Assembly (NCBI GenBank): GCA_017624285.1
Contig: JAGANI010000033.1
Coordinates: 822-64,821, forward strand
Reading direction: 5' to 3'
From: Clostridia bacterium
Lineage (GTDB): Bacteria; Bacillota; Clostridia; Christensenellales; Borkfalkiaceae
DNA length: 64,000 nt
Shown here: piece by piece, positions 9,384 to 19,967 of the stretch
Position numbering within the stretch: the first letter of the stretch is position 1
Layout: each line of letters opens with the position of its first letter
Translations under genes and position numbers: made by a program
The notes under the pieces: generated by a model
The model's database searches: none
Told to the model about the DNA's origin: nothing
What the model saw: only the letters and a program-made list of their open reading frames with translations

Positions 9384-9752
9384 AACGACCCCATACGGGG
9401 GTTGCCGTTAGGGATTTTTAGTTCATAATAAAAGTATAGCCCACTATACTTCGCTTTAAGGCGAAATATGGTGGGCTTTATCTTTACCACAAAAGATTAA
9501 GATAATTTGGTTTTATTTTTAGCCTTGTGGCTAAAAGTTATATTGCTTGTTTTACAAGCAGTTATATTTTGGCTACGCCAAAGTTATATTAAATAAATCC
9601 ACAACTTGCCGTAGGCAAATATCACTGCCGATAGGCAATATCACTTTGAAAAATATCTTGCTTTGCAAGGAAATTTTTCAAATTATCACAAATCCGCAAG
9701 GATTTATTTAGTTGTCGCAATTCCCTACGAGAAGAGCGACTACGGGGTCGTT
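9384..9752. repeat. Hairpin-rich 369-bp intergenic insert with imperfect inverted termini (possibly MITE-like)
   Basis: The termini are AACGACCCCaTA...GTTAGGGAtTT (left) and the reverse complement of AACGACCCCgTA...GTAGGGAaTT (right). The interior holds one long hairpin (9441-9478) and seven 4-5-bp mini-hairpins (9521-9703), each followed by AGTTATATT (x3) or AATATCACT (x2). Confidence 0.4.
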
Positions 9753-9758
9753 ATTTTT

Positions 9759-10808
9759 TTAACGATATTCATCTAACACTTGTTTAAGTAAAGTCGGTCT
9801 ATCCGTCATAATACCGTCGCAAGATAACTCAATTAAAGTACGCATATCATGAGCATCGTCAATAGTCCAATACTGAACTGCAATATTATGCTCGTGCGCT
9901 TTATTAATTAAATTTTTAGTCGCTAAGTTAAAACCGTATTCTTCCATAGGGATTTGTAAAACGGCAATTTTATCAAAATACAAATTATCAATCTGTAAAA
10001 GCGATAACGCATAAAAAGCAATTACACCTGTTATTGCTGGAGAATACATATAATCTTCGGGCACAGTGCCTGTGTTTTTAAGTTTTTGTATTTTACTAAA
10101 TATACCAGGGTGGAAACTTGCAAGGTTAACCCTATCGAAGGCATCATACTTATCGATAATTTTAACACACTCAGCTATTGCCTTTTCGCCCCACTCGCCC
10201 GATTGTTTAATTTCTACACTAATCTTATTATTAGGAAAGGTTTTAATCAATTCCTCTAACGTGGTAACAAGATAAACTTCGCTATCCCTACCTTCTAAAG
10301 AATTTGTAACGTTAGGTAAATCTTTTGGTTTAACAGCTTTGCCGTTATAATCGGTGTAAATTTCAATCGAAGCGCCTTCTTTTAATACTTGATCTTCCGT
10401 GGGATTATCATAACCAAAATTAACTGGCTTACCCCCGTCAGCAGGGTTAGAAAGTAAATCGGTATAAAGCCAATCTTTAATTTCGCCAGTAACGTTTGTT
10501 GTGCCGTCTAAACGCTCGTCGTGGCACAAAATTACGACACCGTCCTTAGTTATTGAAACGTCAGTTTCAAAAATAACGTTTCTATCAATCGAGTAAGCAT
10601 TATAAAAAGCTTCTAACGTATTACCAGGGAACTCATCCGCACCACCACGATGCGCGATTAAATCAGGTAACCTACCATGCTTTAACAAGGGATTATCGTA
10701 CTTATAGTTTTGCTGTCTTGGAAATACCGCTATAACGGAATACACCACTAAAATTGACGTGATAATTATGGCGAACTTACGCCAGTTAAACTTCTTTTTT
10801 TCTTTCAT
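9759..10808 (-). CDS. Membrane-anchored glycerophosphodiester phosphodiesterase (GDPD family)
   Basis: N-terminal TM anchor, then the GDPD motifs AHRGG..PGNTLEAF, ETDV..TKDGVVILCHD, and W(T)IDD near the C-terminus. Confidence 0.85.
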   Translation of the reverse strand: MKEKKKFNWRKFAIIITSILVVYSVIAVFPRQQNYKYDNPLLKHGRLPDLIAHRGGADEFPGNTLEAFYNAYSIDRNVIFETDVSITKDGVVILCHDERLDGTTNVTGEIKDWLYTDLLSNPADGGKPVNFGYDNPTEDQVLKEGASIEIYTDYNGKAVKPKDLPNVTNSLEGRDSEVYLVTTLEELIKTFPNNKISVEIKQSGEWGEKAIAECVKIIDKYDAFDRVNLASFHPGIFSKIQKLKNTGTVPEDYMYSPAITGVIAFYALSLLQIDNLYFDKIAVLQIPMEEYGFNLATKNLINKAHEHNIAVQYWTIDDAHDMRTLIELSCDGIMTDRPTLLKQVLDEYR

Positions 10809-10863
10809 AGTAACTCTTTTTGCCTACGTTTACCCAAAACTGTGGGTAACGGGTGGCTTGTTT

Positions 10864-12135
10864 TTATTTTTTTGTTGTTAAATTTACAAGCGCTTGCTTA
10901 TAGATTTGATACATTTTAAGCAAATTATTTTCGGACAAATATTCATTTGGCTCGTGTATAGCGCCGTCGGCATCTTTAAATTCTGGACCGAACGCTACGC
11001 CAGACTCAAATACCGAACTAAACGTTGCGCCCGAGCAAGAATACGGCTCGGCATCTTCACCAGTAACTTGGTTATATGCAGATAATAAGCCTTGAACAAT
11101 TTCAGAATTTTTATCCACAAATAACGGATCTCTACCTTTATGGGCAACAAAATCGATACCCGTTGCCTTAAATTTTGGTATAAAATCTTCTAAAAGCATT
11201 TTTGCAGGAACTCTAAAATCTGCGATAAGCGTAATAAAACCATCATCTTGACTGACGATATCAGGCGATAACGTTGCTAAGCCAGTTTCGTTGCCGATTG
11301 AAGTAATTTTTAATTCATCATCAAACAAATATTTAATTAAAGGTGTAACTGAGCCTTTATCGACTTCATCAATATATTTTAATAGTGGTAAAATAGCATT
11401 TTTGCCAAGTTCAGGCTTACTGCCGTGGGCAGATTTACCGAAACTTTCAATCAAATCCCCTTTATGACTAAGACCGTATTTTGCAAGTAAAACTTCGTCC
11501 ACAGGACCGTTTACGGACGCGTATGCGCATACTGCGTTAACCACCGTGCCACCTTTAAAATTTTTGAAAACACCACTATACGGGTGCTTAAATTCTATCC
11601 TATTAGGACCTTTTTCAGCATACACTACGGGGAAGTTACCGTCTGGTGAAAAACCAACTTTAGGCATAGTAGATTTTGTTTTAAAATATTCCACGTCGCC
11701 CCAGCCCGATTCCTCGTCTAAGCCGATCAAAAATCTTACCTTTTTAGTTAAGTCGCCATATTCATCTAAAACGTCTTTTAAAGCGTATAAACACAAAAGC
11801 ACAGGCCCTTTATCGTCAGCGACGCCGCGGCCATAAAAAACGCCGTCTAAATTAGTTAAAGTAAAAGGGTCGGTATTCCAGCCGTCGAGGGGCGCAGGCA
11901 CTACGTCTAGATGACCTATTATGCCCAACTCCTCACCTTCACCAACGACGATTTCACCCATATAGCCGTCGTAATCGATAACGTTAAAACCCAAACGGTT
12001 TGCAATAGCAGTAAACGTTTTATAAGCATCGTCTACGCCTTGACCGAAAGGTTTATTAGGTAATGGGGCGCTTTTAACCGATTTAGCGCCTATTAAAGCA
12101 GTAAAGTCTTTTATGAACTGGTCGTAATTTTTCAT
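10864..12135 (-). CDS. pepV: M20-family dipeptidase (PepV/Sapep-like)
   Basis: 423 aa. GHLDVVPA...W..DPF, GRGVADDKGP, and an EE metal-binding pair in LDEESGWGD. Confidence 0.8.
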   Translation of the reverse strand: MKNYDQFIKDFTALIGAKSVKSAPLPNKPFGQGVDDAYKTFTAIANRLGFNVIDYDGYMGEIVVGEGEELGIIGHLDVVPAPLDGWNTDPFTLTNLDGVFYGRGVADDKGPVLLCLYALKDVLDEYGDLTKKVRFLIGLDEESGWGDVEYFKTKSTMPKVGFSPDGNFPVVYAEKGPNRIEFKHPYSGVFKNFKGGTVVNAVCAYASVNGPVDEVLLAKYGLSHKGDLIESFGKSAHGSKPELGKNAILPLLKYIDEVDKGSVTPLIKYLFDDELKITSIGNETGLATLSPDIVSQDDGFITLIADFRVPAKMLLEDFIPKFKATGIDFVAHKGRDPLFVDKNSEIVQGLLSAYNQVTGEDAEPYSCSGATFSSVFESGVAFGPEFKDADGAIHEPNEYLSENNLLKMYQIYKQALVNLTTKK

Positions 12136-12369
12136 TTAATAATCTCCGCCAAACGTTTACTTAGTAAGATAACGTAAACAATAAATTTAAGTGTAAAAAT
12201 ATAAACGTTCCTAAAAAAAGAACTCTTTTTTGATAAACATATACTATTAACATATTTATTATACTATACTTTTATAAAAATTAAATAAAAAAGCAAGCAA
12301 AAAAGTTAAATTGTAATAAAAATATACGTTTTAATTTGCTTTTTATTTCTTTTATGTTAAAATACTATT

Positions 12370-13125
12370 ATGGAAACGAAAGAAACACCCCACGCCAAAC
12401 ATAGAGAGCGGATGATAAATAAATTTTTGCTTAATCCTGACTCTTTTGCCGAGCACGAACTTTTAGAGATACTTTTATATGCAGTTATAAAGCGTCAAGA
12501 TACTAACGCTTTAGCACATAGGATTTTATCTTATTTTAACAACCTAAAAGCAGTATTCGACGCTGATATAGAAACTTTGCAAAAAATCAAAGGCGTAGGT
12601 ATACGCGTGGCTACGCATATCAAAACGATAGGGCTTATTATGTATAAGGCATATATGGATAATAAGTCCACTACTATAAAGACTTTAAAATCGTTTGAAA
12701 CTTTTAAACAAGTCGTTAAAGACTATTTTAAAGACACCAGTACGGAAAAGTTTATGGTTTTTTATTTAGACGATAAAAACAAAATTATTTCCGTAAACGA
12801 ACATACGTCTAAAAATAGCGAGTACGTTACGATAGATACTTCGCTTTTATTAGATCAACTTGCGATATTAAAGCCCAAACAAGTAGTTATAGCACATAAT
12901 CACCCAAGTGGCTCGGTTTCACCATCTAATGCAGATGATTATACCACAAGTAAGTTAGTTATGTTGCTTAAACTACACGATGTTTCTTTATTAGACCATA
13001 TTATAATCGGTAAGGACAAGTATTACAGTTATTTTGCCGAAGGCAGACTACAAAACATACAAAAGATTACCGATATCGATAAAATACTACAAAAATCCAT
13101 TTCGGAGGATAATTATGAAAGTTAG
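12370..13125 (+). CDS. radC: RadC-family JAB/MPN domain protein
   Basis: N-terminal HhH region (ELLEILLY, IKGVG) and a C-terminal JAMM motif HNHPSGSVSPSNAD. Confidence 0.85.
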   Translation: METKETPHAKHRERMINKFLLNPDSFAEHELLEILLYAVIKRQDTNALAHRILSYFNNLKAVFDADIETLQKIKGVGIRVATHIKTIGLIMYKAYMDNKSTTIKTLKSFETFKQVVKDYFKDTSTEKFMVFYLDDKNKIISVNEHTSKNSEYVTIDTSLLLDQLAILKPKQVVIAHNHPSGSVSPSNADDYTTSKLVMLLKLHDVSLLDHIIIGKDKYYSYFAEGRLQNIQKITDIDKILQKSISEDNYES

Positions 13126-14548
13126 AACTAGATTTGCCCCCAGTCCTACTGGGTATCTACATATCGGTGGTTTAAGAACCGCCCTTTACGGATATTTATT
13201 TGCAAAACAACGTGGTGGCGACTTTATACTTAGAATTGAAGACACCGACACAACAAGATACGTTGACGGCTCAGTACAAATTATTTACGACACAATGCGT
13301 GATTCTGGCGTTATGTATGACGAAGGTCCTGACGTTGGTGGCGACTACGGCCCGTACGTTCAAAGTGAAAGGAAGGACCTTTATAAAGAATATGCTGAAA
13401 AGCTGGTTGAACTTGGTGGGGCATATTATTGTTTTTGTGATAGCGAACGTATTGCATCATTAAAAGATGAAAACGGTAACGTTAGATACGATAAACATTG
13501 TTTAAATTTATCTAAGGAAGAAATTAAAGCAAAAATCGATGCTGGCGAACCTTACGTTATCAGACAAAACGTTCCACTTGAAGGCTCAGGCAGTTATCAC
13601 GACTTAGTTTACGGCGATATCACCGTTGATTATAAAGATATTGAAGACGGCATCTTGTTAAAAAGCGACGGCATGCCCACTTATAACTTTGCAAACGTTA
13701 TCGACGACCACCTTATGGGCATCACACACGTTATCCGTGGTATTGAATATTTATCATCCACCCCCAAATATAACTTGATGTACGACGCCTTCGGTTGGGA
13801 AAGACCTGTTTATATCCATTTACCCCCGATTATGAAAGACGCGCAACATAAATTATCTAAGCGCAACGGCGATGCAAGTTATGCTGATTTTGTTGAAAAG
13901 GGTTACGTTAAGCAATCAATCATCAACTATATCGCTTTACTCGGTTGGAGTCCAAAAAGTAATACTGAAAAGATGTCGTTACAAGAACTGACAGACAACT
14001 TCTCGTTAGAAGGCATCTCAAAATCACCTTCCATATTTGACGACGTTAAGCTTAGATGGCTTTCTGGCGAATATATTAAAGAAATGTCTATGGAAGAGTT
14101 TAAAGCTAACTGCTACCCCTTCCTTAAGGATAGTAAAGCATACGGCAAGTATGATGAAGATAAGCTTTTATCTTTAGTTAAGACAAGAGTACAAATTTAT
14201 AGTGAAATTCCATCTAAAATCGACTTCTTAGAAGAATTTACTGCTTACGACTTAAATTTATATGAAAACAGCAAGCAAAAATCTTCTATAGCAGTTGCTA
14301 AAGACGTATTGCCCAAAATTAAAGAAGTTTTATCAAACGTTACCGACTGGCAAAACTCCACACTCTTCACCGCATTAGTTGATTTATCTACCAAGTTAGA
14401 AATTAAAAAGCAAGCAATCCTTTGGATTACAAGAATTGCTATTACTGGCAAAGAAGCTACCGCAGGCGGTGCAACTGAAGTTGCTGATATTTTAGGTAAA
14501 GATAAAACTTTAGAAAGAATCGATTATTCAATTAATCTTTTAGGTTAA
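13115..14548 (+). CDS. gltX: Glutamate--tRNA ligase
   Basis: MKVRTRFAPSPTGYLHIGGLRTAL (HIGH motif) and KLSKRNG (KMSKS motif). Start set to ATG 13115 with GGAGGA at 13104-13109. It overlaps the radC stop by 11 nt. Confidence 0.95.
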   Translation: MKVRTRFAPSPTGYLHIGGLRTALYGYLFAKQRGGDFILRIEDTDTTRYVDGSVQIIYDTMRDSGVMYDEGPDVGGDYGPYVQSERKDLYKEYAEKLVELGGAYYCFCDSERIASLKDENGNVRYDKHCLNLSKEEIKAKIDAGEPYVIRQNVPLEGSGSYHDLVYGDITVDYKDIEDGILLKSDGMPTYNFANVIDDHLMGITHVIRGIEYLSSTPKYNLMYDAFGWERPVYIHLPPIMKDAQHKLSKRNGDASYADFVEKGYVKQSIINYIALLGWSPKSNTEKMSLQELTDNFSLEGISKSPSIFDDVKLRWLSGEYIKEMSMEEFKANCYPFLKDSKAYGKYDEDKLLSLVKTRVQIYSEIPSKIDFLEEFTAYDLNLYENSKQKSSIAVAKDVLPKIKEVLSNVTDWQNSTLFTALVDLSTKLEIKKQAILWITRIAITGKEATAGGATEVADILGKDKTLERIDYSINLLG

Positions 14549-14595
14549 TATTTACGCAACAACCAACGCGAAACAAAATAAAACAATTAATTAAT

Positions 14596-14634
14596 AAAGA
14601 CCTGATACAAAAGTAATCAGGTCTTTATTTTTTA
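14596..14634 (+). terminator. Intrinsic terminator after gltX
   Basis: AAAGACCTGATacaaaagtaATCAGGTCTTT followed by ATTTTTT. Confidence 0.8.
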
Positions 14635-14838
14635 TTAAAATTTGATTTTGTTGAAAAATAGAGTATATAGTGCAAGTTAATTTTACTTGATTATTTATAC
14701 CAAATATTATCGTAATTTTAACGATAAACTGGTCATTCAATAACAAAATAAGCCATAAAAAGCCGTTTTTTACTAAAAACAGCATAATTTTTAGTATAAA
14801 TCACTATAAAACATAATTAAATATCGAAATAGTATTTA

Positions 14839-15408
14839 TTAGCAAACATTTGGGGCAATAAAGCCCGATTCTTCACTAAAAAATTTATATATACCGTCGG
14901 CAATAACCCTAGCCATAGTATACACAAAAGATAATCTGGTTAAATTAAATAGATTGTTATTACCTGGCGACCTGCCAGCAACAACCCCCACGATAGAACA
15001 ATCACCAATACTAGGCAAATCTTTGTCAACCCCCAAACCTGGGCGTAAACCGTGGCCTAAAACCTTAACGTAACCCACCTCAAAATCATCGCCAATACCG
15101 GCGTCAATGGCTAAAACAATAGAATTTGGATGCAATTTTTTAATATATTTACCAATAAAAGCCACCTCTTTAGCAGTTACTGGCTGCCCCAAACAGCCAT
15201 AAACGTATGCAGGTATGTCTAAATTAATTAAAAATGTCCCCAAAAGCGGACCTAAACTATCGCCCATAACCAAATCAGAACCGACACAAACTACTACAAC
15301 GTCTTTATTTTTACCCAATATATCTTCAATAGCACATGAGATTTTATATGGTGCATTTGGGGTTTTTATGCTATACATATATTGTTTTTGCACTTTAAGT
15401 TTACTCAT
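14839..15408 (-). CDS. yyaC: YyaC-family putative sporulation protease (GPR/hydrogenase-maturation protease fold)
   Basis: 189 aa. VVVCVGSDLVMGDSLGPLLG and AIDAGIG motifs as in B. subtilis YyaC, which is also origin-proximal. Confidence 0.75.
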   Translation of the reverse strand: MSKLKVQKQYMYSIKTPNAPYKISCAIEDILGKNKDVVVVCVGSDLVMGDSLGPLLGTFLINLDIPAYVYGCLGQPVTAKEVAFIGKYIKKLHPNSIVLAIDAGIGDDFEVGYVKVLGHGLRPGLGVDKDLPSIGDCSIVGVVAGRSPGNNNLFNLTRLSFVYTMARVIADGIYKFFSEESGFIAPNVC

Positions 15409-15625
15409 GGCTAAATTATTGCCAAAACCGCCCCAAAATATACTTAAAAAAGTAAATTACATCATTATTTTACTTAAATACTCATCATTTATTACAGTAT
15501 ATATACCTATATAAAATATAATAAAAAACATTAAAAATAAGCAAAATTTAGTAAGCGCGTGCCAAATTTTAACCATTTTTGGGGCATTTTTTGATATAAA
15601 AATCCTTTAACCGATTTTTTTTCGA

Positions 15626-15641
15626 TGTTTCACGTGGAACT
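15626..15641. promoter_or_regulatory. parS centromere-like site 1
   Basis: TGTTTCACGTGGAACT matches the palindromic Firmicute parS consensus TGTTNCACGTGAAACA (read on either strand) at 15 of 16 positions. Confidence 0.8.
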
Positions 15642-15653
15642 GTTTTTGGCGTA

Positions 15654-15669
15654 TGTTTCACGTGAAACG
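15654..15669. promoter_or_regulatory. parS centromere-like site 2
   Basis: TGTTTCACGTGAAACG, 15 of 16 matches to the parS consensus, 28 bp from site 1. Confidence 0.8.
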
Positions 15670-16980
15670 TTTTGCGTCCAACCAAATATTGTTTATGATA
15701 ATATTAATATACTGCAAATCTATCTTAAAAAGCAACAATAAAATATAAAATGGCATTTTTACATATTAAAAACGCTATAATAAATTAAATTTTATTATGC
15801 GCCCTTGATAAATGGCGAAATAAAACATATATAATTAAAATATTATAAAGCACAAAAAAGCTAAACGTTAAAAAAAGTATATTAAGATATAATATCTGTG
15901 TTTATTATTTAGGATTTTACAACACTAAAAACTCCGTCTGAAGATAAGCAACGTAAAACCTTTAATATATTAAAATTATTAAGGTCATAAAACAGGAGTT
16001 TACTTATTATAATAACAAATACAGCTTAAAAACCTTAAATTTGTAAATTTATCAATAATTTATAGTATATTATATATAATATGTGCTATATATTAAGATG
16101 TTTTGCAAAATTATGTAATTTTACTTAAAAAGTATGCTTTTAAAATAGTTAAATAACAAGGATGCAACGTTCCACCATATATATCTTAAGACTTATTAAA
16201 TAAAATAATCCGATAAAATACCAAATAAGATTAATCAATATACATAAAATTACACGGTAATCTAATATAAAACCATACGTTACCTATAAAAATATCAATA
16301 GTTAGCTAAGATAGATATAAATTATATAAAAAACACTAAACATTATTAAATATGCAACATACTTGGGTGATTTTATATGGTTTAATCATAAAATGGCTTA
16401 AATCTTTAAAAAATTATTACATGGGCAAAGCTAATTAAAAAACTTTACATTTTCGTTAAAAATAAGCTATTTTTGATTAAATTTTAAGCATTTTTTACTA
16501 TTTTTGCTAAAATATTAATTTTTTTAAAAATTAGGGTAATTTTATACTATTTACTTTAATTTAAGTGGATTTTAAAATAAAATCACCTAATAAATAGTGA
16601 TTTTTTAAAATACGCAGATTATAAAATGTAAAATTTTATCATTTTTTCAAAAAATTAATAATAGCAACTTGGTTTGCTTTCAAATAACCACTAAAATAGT
16701 TATTTAACCATTACCCGTAGTTTTATCAACATTATTTGTTAATAAATTGAAAATTTATTTTAATGATTTTTTAAAATAATAAAACGTAAATTGTGATTTT
16801 TTAAATTTATAAAATTATCAGTATTTTTCTATTAAAAGCAAACATTTGCTAACAACTATTGTCAATAGGTAATTTATTTAATTATTTACTTGATTTTTTA
16901 TAATTTTTTTTATATTATAATATATAATAATATAGTAAAATACCGTTTTTATTCGGTTTAACCATTATAAGGAGCACTTA

Positions 16981-19119
16981 ATGAAAAAATCAAACGCAAA
17001 AAAAATATTTTTGGTGCTAGGTGTTATCGCAATAATTGTAGCTATTATTGCAGTTGTATCATCTTTAACAAAGCCCAAAAAGATTGACAAAGTAGATTTT
17101 GATAATATTGTCTACGTAAATAACGTATTACCAGACGGCCAAAAGAACGATCCTACTGCCCAGTCAGTTAGAAGAAATGAGCTTATTTCCGACCTAATAG
17201 GGGTGGACGGGGTCCAAAATGCTAAAATTACTACCATATATTACGCTGGTGGAGAAGCAACTTTTGAAGTTACCTATAAGTTAGGTGAAGCTAATAGATC
17301 AATGAAGTTCTCATTTTTCTATCACACTCATCCAACCACTGATGATTTAAATGCTTTATCACAACTTGGTATTAATTATAGTTTTTCTAACCCTAATTCA
17401 GGCGCAATTTGGTCATATTTATCACCATTATTCTCGATAATTCTTTGTTTAATAATTGTTTTCTTTATTATGCGAGCTAGCGGTGGTGGCACAAAAGGCG
17501 CTATTAACTTCGCAAAAACCAATGCTAGGTTAAGTACAAACGTCAAAATTCGTTTTTCAGACGTAGCTGGCGCTGAAGAAGAAAAAGAAGAACTTAAAGA
17601 AATCGTAGATTTCCTTAAAGCACCTAAAAAGTTTGCTGATTTAGGCGCAAGAATCCCCAAAGGCGTACTTATGGTAGGCCCTCCAGGTACTGGTAAAACG
17701 CTTTTTGCTAAAGCCGTTGCTGGTGAAGCTGGTGTGCCGTTCTTCTCAATTTCTGGTTCAGACTTTGTTGAAATGTTCGTTGGTGTAGGCGCTTCACGTG
17801 TTAGAGATTTGTTTGAAGTTGCTAAAAAAAGTATGCCGTGTATCGTTTTTATTGACGAAATCGACGCAGTTGGTAGACAACGTGGTACTGGTTTAGGTGG
17901 TGGTAACGACGAAAAGGAACAAACCCTTAACCAATTACTTGTTGAAATGGACGGTTTTAACTCTAACGATAGCATAATTATTATGGCGGCAACTAACCGT
18001 GCGGATATTTTAGACCCCGCTCTTATGCGTCCTGGCAGATTTGATAGACAAATCCACGTTAACATGCCTGACGTACGTGGGCGTGAAGCAATTTTAAGAG
18101 TCCACGCAAGAAACAAACCCCTTGCAAATAACGTTAACTTAAAGATCGTTGCACGTATGACGGGTGGTTTTTCTGGCGCTGACTTAGAAAACTTATTAAA
18201 CGAAGCCGCAATTTTAGCAGCACGTGATAATAGAAAGGCGATCACCAACAAAGACTTATACGAAGGTATCAACAAAGTAACGATGGGTCCTGCTAGAAAG
18301 TCTAAATTAGTTACCGAAACAGACAAACGCCTTACCGCTTATCACGAATCTGGCCACGCTGTTTTAGCAAAATTATTAAAAAACTGCCACCCCGTTCACG
18401 AGGTAACCATAATTCCACGTGGTCAAGCCGGTGGTTATACCGCTATGAGACCTGATAATGATGATTCATACAACACTAAAAATCAATTCTTAGATATTAT
18501 CACAATGTCTTTAGGTGGTAGGGTTGCTGAAGAGCTTGTTATCAAAGATATAAGCACGGGCGCATACGGTGATATCCGTCAGGTAACTGAAATGGCCAAA
18601 CACATGGTTGTTGATTATGGTATGAGCGATGCAGTTGGTGCAATTAATTACGGTTCTAATGGGGAAGTATTTATCGGTAGAGATATGGCTTCGCACGTTA
18701 CGTATAGCGAAAAAACCGCATCCCTTATCGATAGTGAAGTAAAACGTATCGTTGACGAAGCTTTAGAAAAGGCTCGTAAGCTTTTATCAGAAAACAGAGC
18801 GCTTCTAGACGTAATGGCTAGAGTGTTAATTGAAAAACAAACAATTTATGCCGAAGAAGTCAACTTAATTATGGAAGGTAAATCAGCTGAAGAGGTTATC
18901 GAGTTTATGAATAAAAACGAAGAAGCCTTATCCGAAAATCCTTTTGCACGAGATTTAAGGAAAGCCCCTAACTTAGATAATAACCCCGAAGTTAAAGAAG
19001 GTAACGAAGCTACAGTTGAAACCGTTTCAAATAATGAAGAACCTAATAATAATTTACCCAAAAATGAAGAAACGGCGGATACCGTACCTGAAGAAAATAA
19101 CGAAAATACAGATAAATAA
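16981..19119 (+). CDS. ftsH: ATP-dependent zinc metalloprotease FtsH
   Basis: Two TM segments, AAA+ Walker A GPPGTGKT, Walker [13 protein letters not shown] region, zinc motif HESGH. RBS AAGGAG upstream. Confidence 0.97.
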   Translation: MKKSNAKKIFLVLGVIAIIVAIIAVVSSLTKPKKIDKVDFDNIVYVNNVLPDGQKNDPTAQSVRRNELISDLIGVDGVQNAKITTIYYAGGEATFEVTYKLGEANRSMKFSFFYHTHPTTDDLNALSQLGINYSFSNPNSGAIWSYLSPLFSIILCLIIVFFIMRASGGGTKGAINFAKTNARLSTNVKIRFSDVAGAEEEKEELKEIVDFLKAPKKFADLGARIPKGVLMVGPPGTGKTLFAKAVAGEAGVPFFSISGSDFVEMFVGVGASRVRDLFEVAKKSMPCIVFIDEIDAVGRQRGTGLGGGNDEKEQTLNQLLVEMDGFNSNDSIIIMAATNRADILDPALMRPGRFDRQIHVNMPDVRGREAILRVHARNKPLANNVNLKIVARMTGGFSGADLENLLNEAAILAARDNRKAITNKDLYEGINKVTMGPARKSKLVTETDKRLTAYHESGHAVLAKLLKNCHPVHEVTIIPRGQAGGYTAMRPDNDDSYNTKNQFLDIITMSLGGRVAEELVIKDISTGAYGDIRQVTEMAKHMVVDYGMSDAVGAINYGSNGEVFIGRDMASHVTYSEKTASLIDSEVKRIVDEALEKARKLLSENRALLDVMARVLIEKQTIYAEEVNLIMEGKSAEEVIEFMNKNEEALSENPFARDLRKAPNLDNNPEVKEGNEATVETVSNNEEPNNNLPKNEETADTVPEENNENTDK

Positions 19120-19193
19120 TAATTTATCGCACGAAAATTAAAAGTCCGTTATGATAACGGTAAATGCGTTTAGCGCAAAAAAGGATGATTAAA

Positions 19194-19967
19194 ATGGGTA
19201 AAATAATTGCTTTTGCAAACCAAAAAGGTGGCGTAGGTAAAACTACAACGTGCGTCAACTTAGCAGCATATTTAGCAAAAATGGGTCTAAAAATACTTAT
19301 CGTTGATATGGACCCTCAAGGTAATGCTACAACGGGACTCGGTATTATAAAAAGTTCGTTAGATTATTCCGTTTATAACGTTATGACGGAAGAAGTTGAC
19401 GCTAAAGGCGCTACCATTGAAACTTTAGTTGAAAATTTATATATAATCCCGTCTGATATCGATTTAGCCGGTGCTGAAGTAGAACTCGTATACACTAAAG
19501 AGCGTGAAAAGGTTTTAAAAAAGGCGCTTTCTTTAGTTAAACAAAATTACGATTATATTTTAATTGATTGCCCTCCATCGCTAGGTTTATTAACGATAAA
19601 CTCTTTAACAACGGCAGACGGGGCTATAATTCCTATCCAAAGCGAGTATTACGCTTTAGAAGGTTTAAGCCAACTTATGAACAGTATTAAACTTGTAAAA
19701 AGGCACTTAAATCCTTCGCTTCAAATCGAAGGCGTTCTTTTAACTATGAACGATAGCCGTGCTACTATGTCAAAGCAAATTGCTGAAGAAATTAAAAAAT
19801 TCTTTGGTAATAAACTTTATAACACTGTTATCCCACGTAACGTTAAACTTGCTGAAGCTCCCAGTCACGGCGTTCCGATAATGATGCACGATACGCGTTG
19901 TAACGGTGCTAAAGCTTACAAGGCTTTTTCTGAAGAGTTTTATAAAAAAGAACGTGGTGAATTATAA
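19194..19967 (+). CDS. soj: Chromosome partitioning ATPase ParA/Soj
   Basis: Deviant Walker A NQKGGVGKTTT, DMDPQGN, IDCPPSLG. Start set to ATG 19194 (AAGGA upstream) rather than 19164. Confidence 0.93.
   Translation: MGKIIAFANQKGGVGKTTTCVNLAAYLAKMGLKILIVDMDPQGNATTGLGIIKSSLDYSVYNVMTEEVDAKGATIETLVENLYIIPSDIDLAGAEVELVYTKEREKVLKKALSLVKQNYDYILIDCPPSLGLLTINSLTTADGAIIPIQSEYYALEGLSQLMNSIKLVKRHLNPSLQIEGVLLTMNDSRATMSKQIAEEIKKFFGNKLYNTVIPRNVKLAEAPSHGVPIMMHDTRCNGAKAYKAFSEEFYKKERGEL

Noticed and set aside
13034-13114. Upstream extensions of gltX (13034) and, likewise, mnmG (2346) and soj (19164).
   Set aside because: Internal ATGs with good Shine-Dalgarno sequences give the conserved protein N-termini. 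The mnmG extension also runs through the dnaA terminator hairpin.
15409-16980. The 1.57-kb AT-rich desert as the main oriC.
   Set aside because: It has only isolated DnaA-box-like 9-mers (16049, 16723), against six within 320 bp at 24239-24555. It is kept as an open question in the findings rather than annotated as the origin.
17376-18326. A 316-aa ORF antisense to ftsH. Similar long antisense ORFs are 23614-24132 (opposite rsmG) and 58595-58903 and 59270-59680 (opposite the alcohol dehydrogenase).
   Set aside because: Each lies fully inside a strongly supported gene on the other strand. They have low-complexity, Ser/Pro/Leu/Ile-biased composition with no motifs and no RBS. These are typical shadow ORFs.
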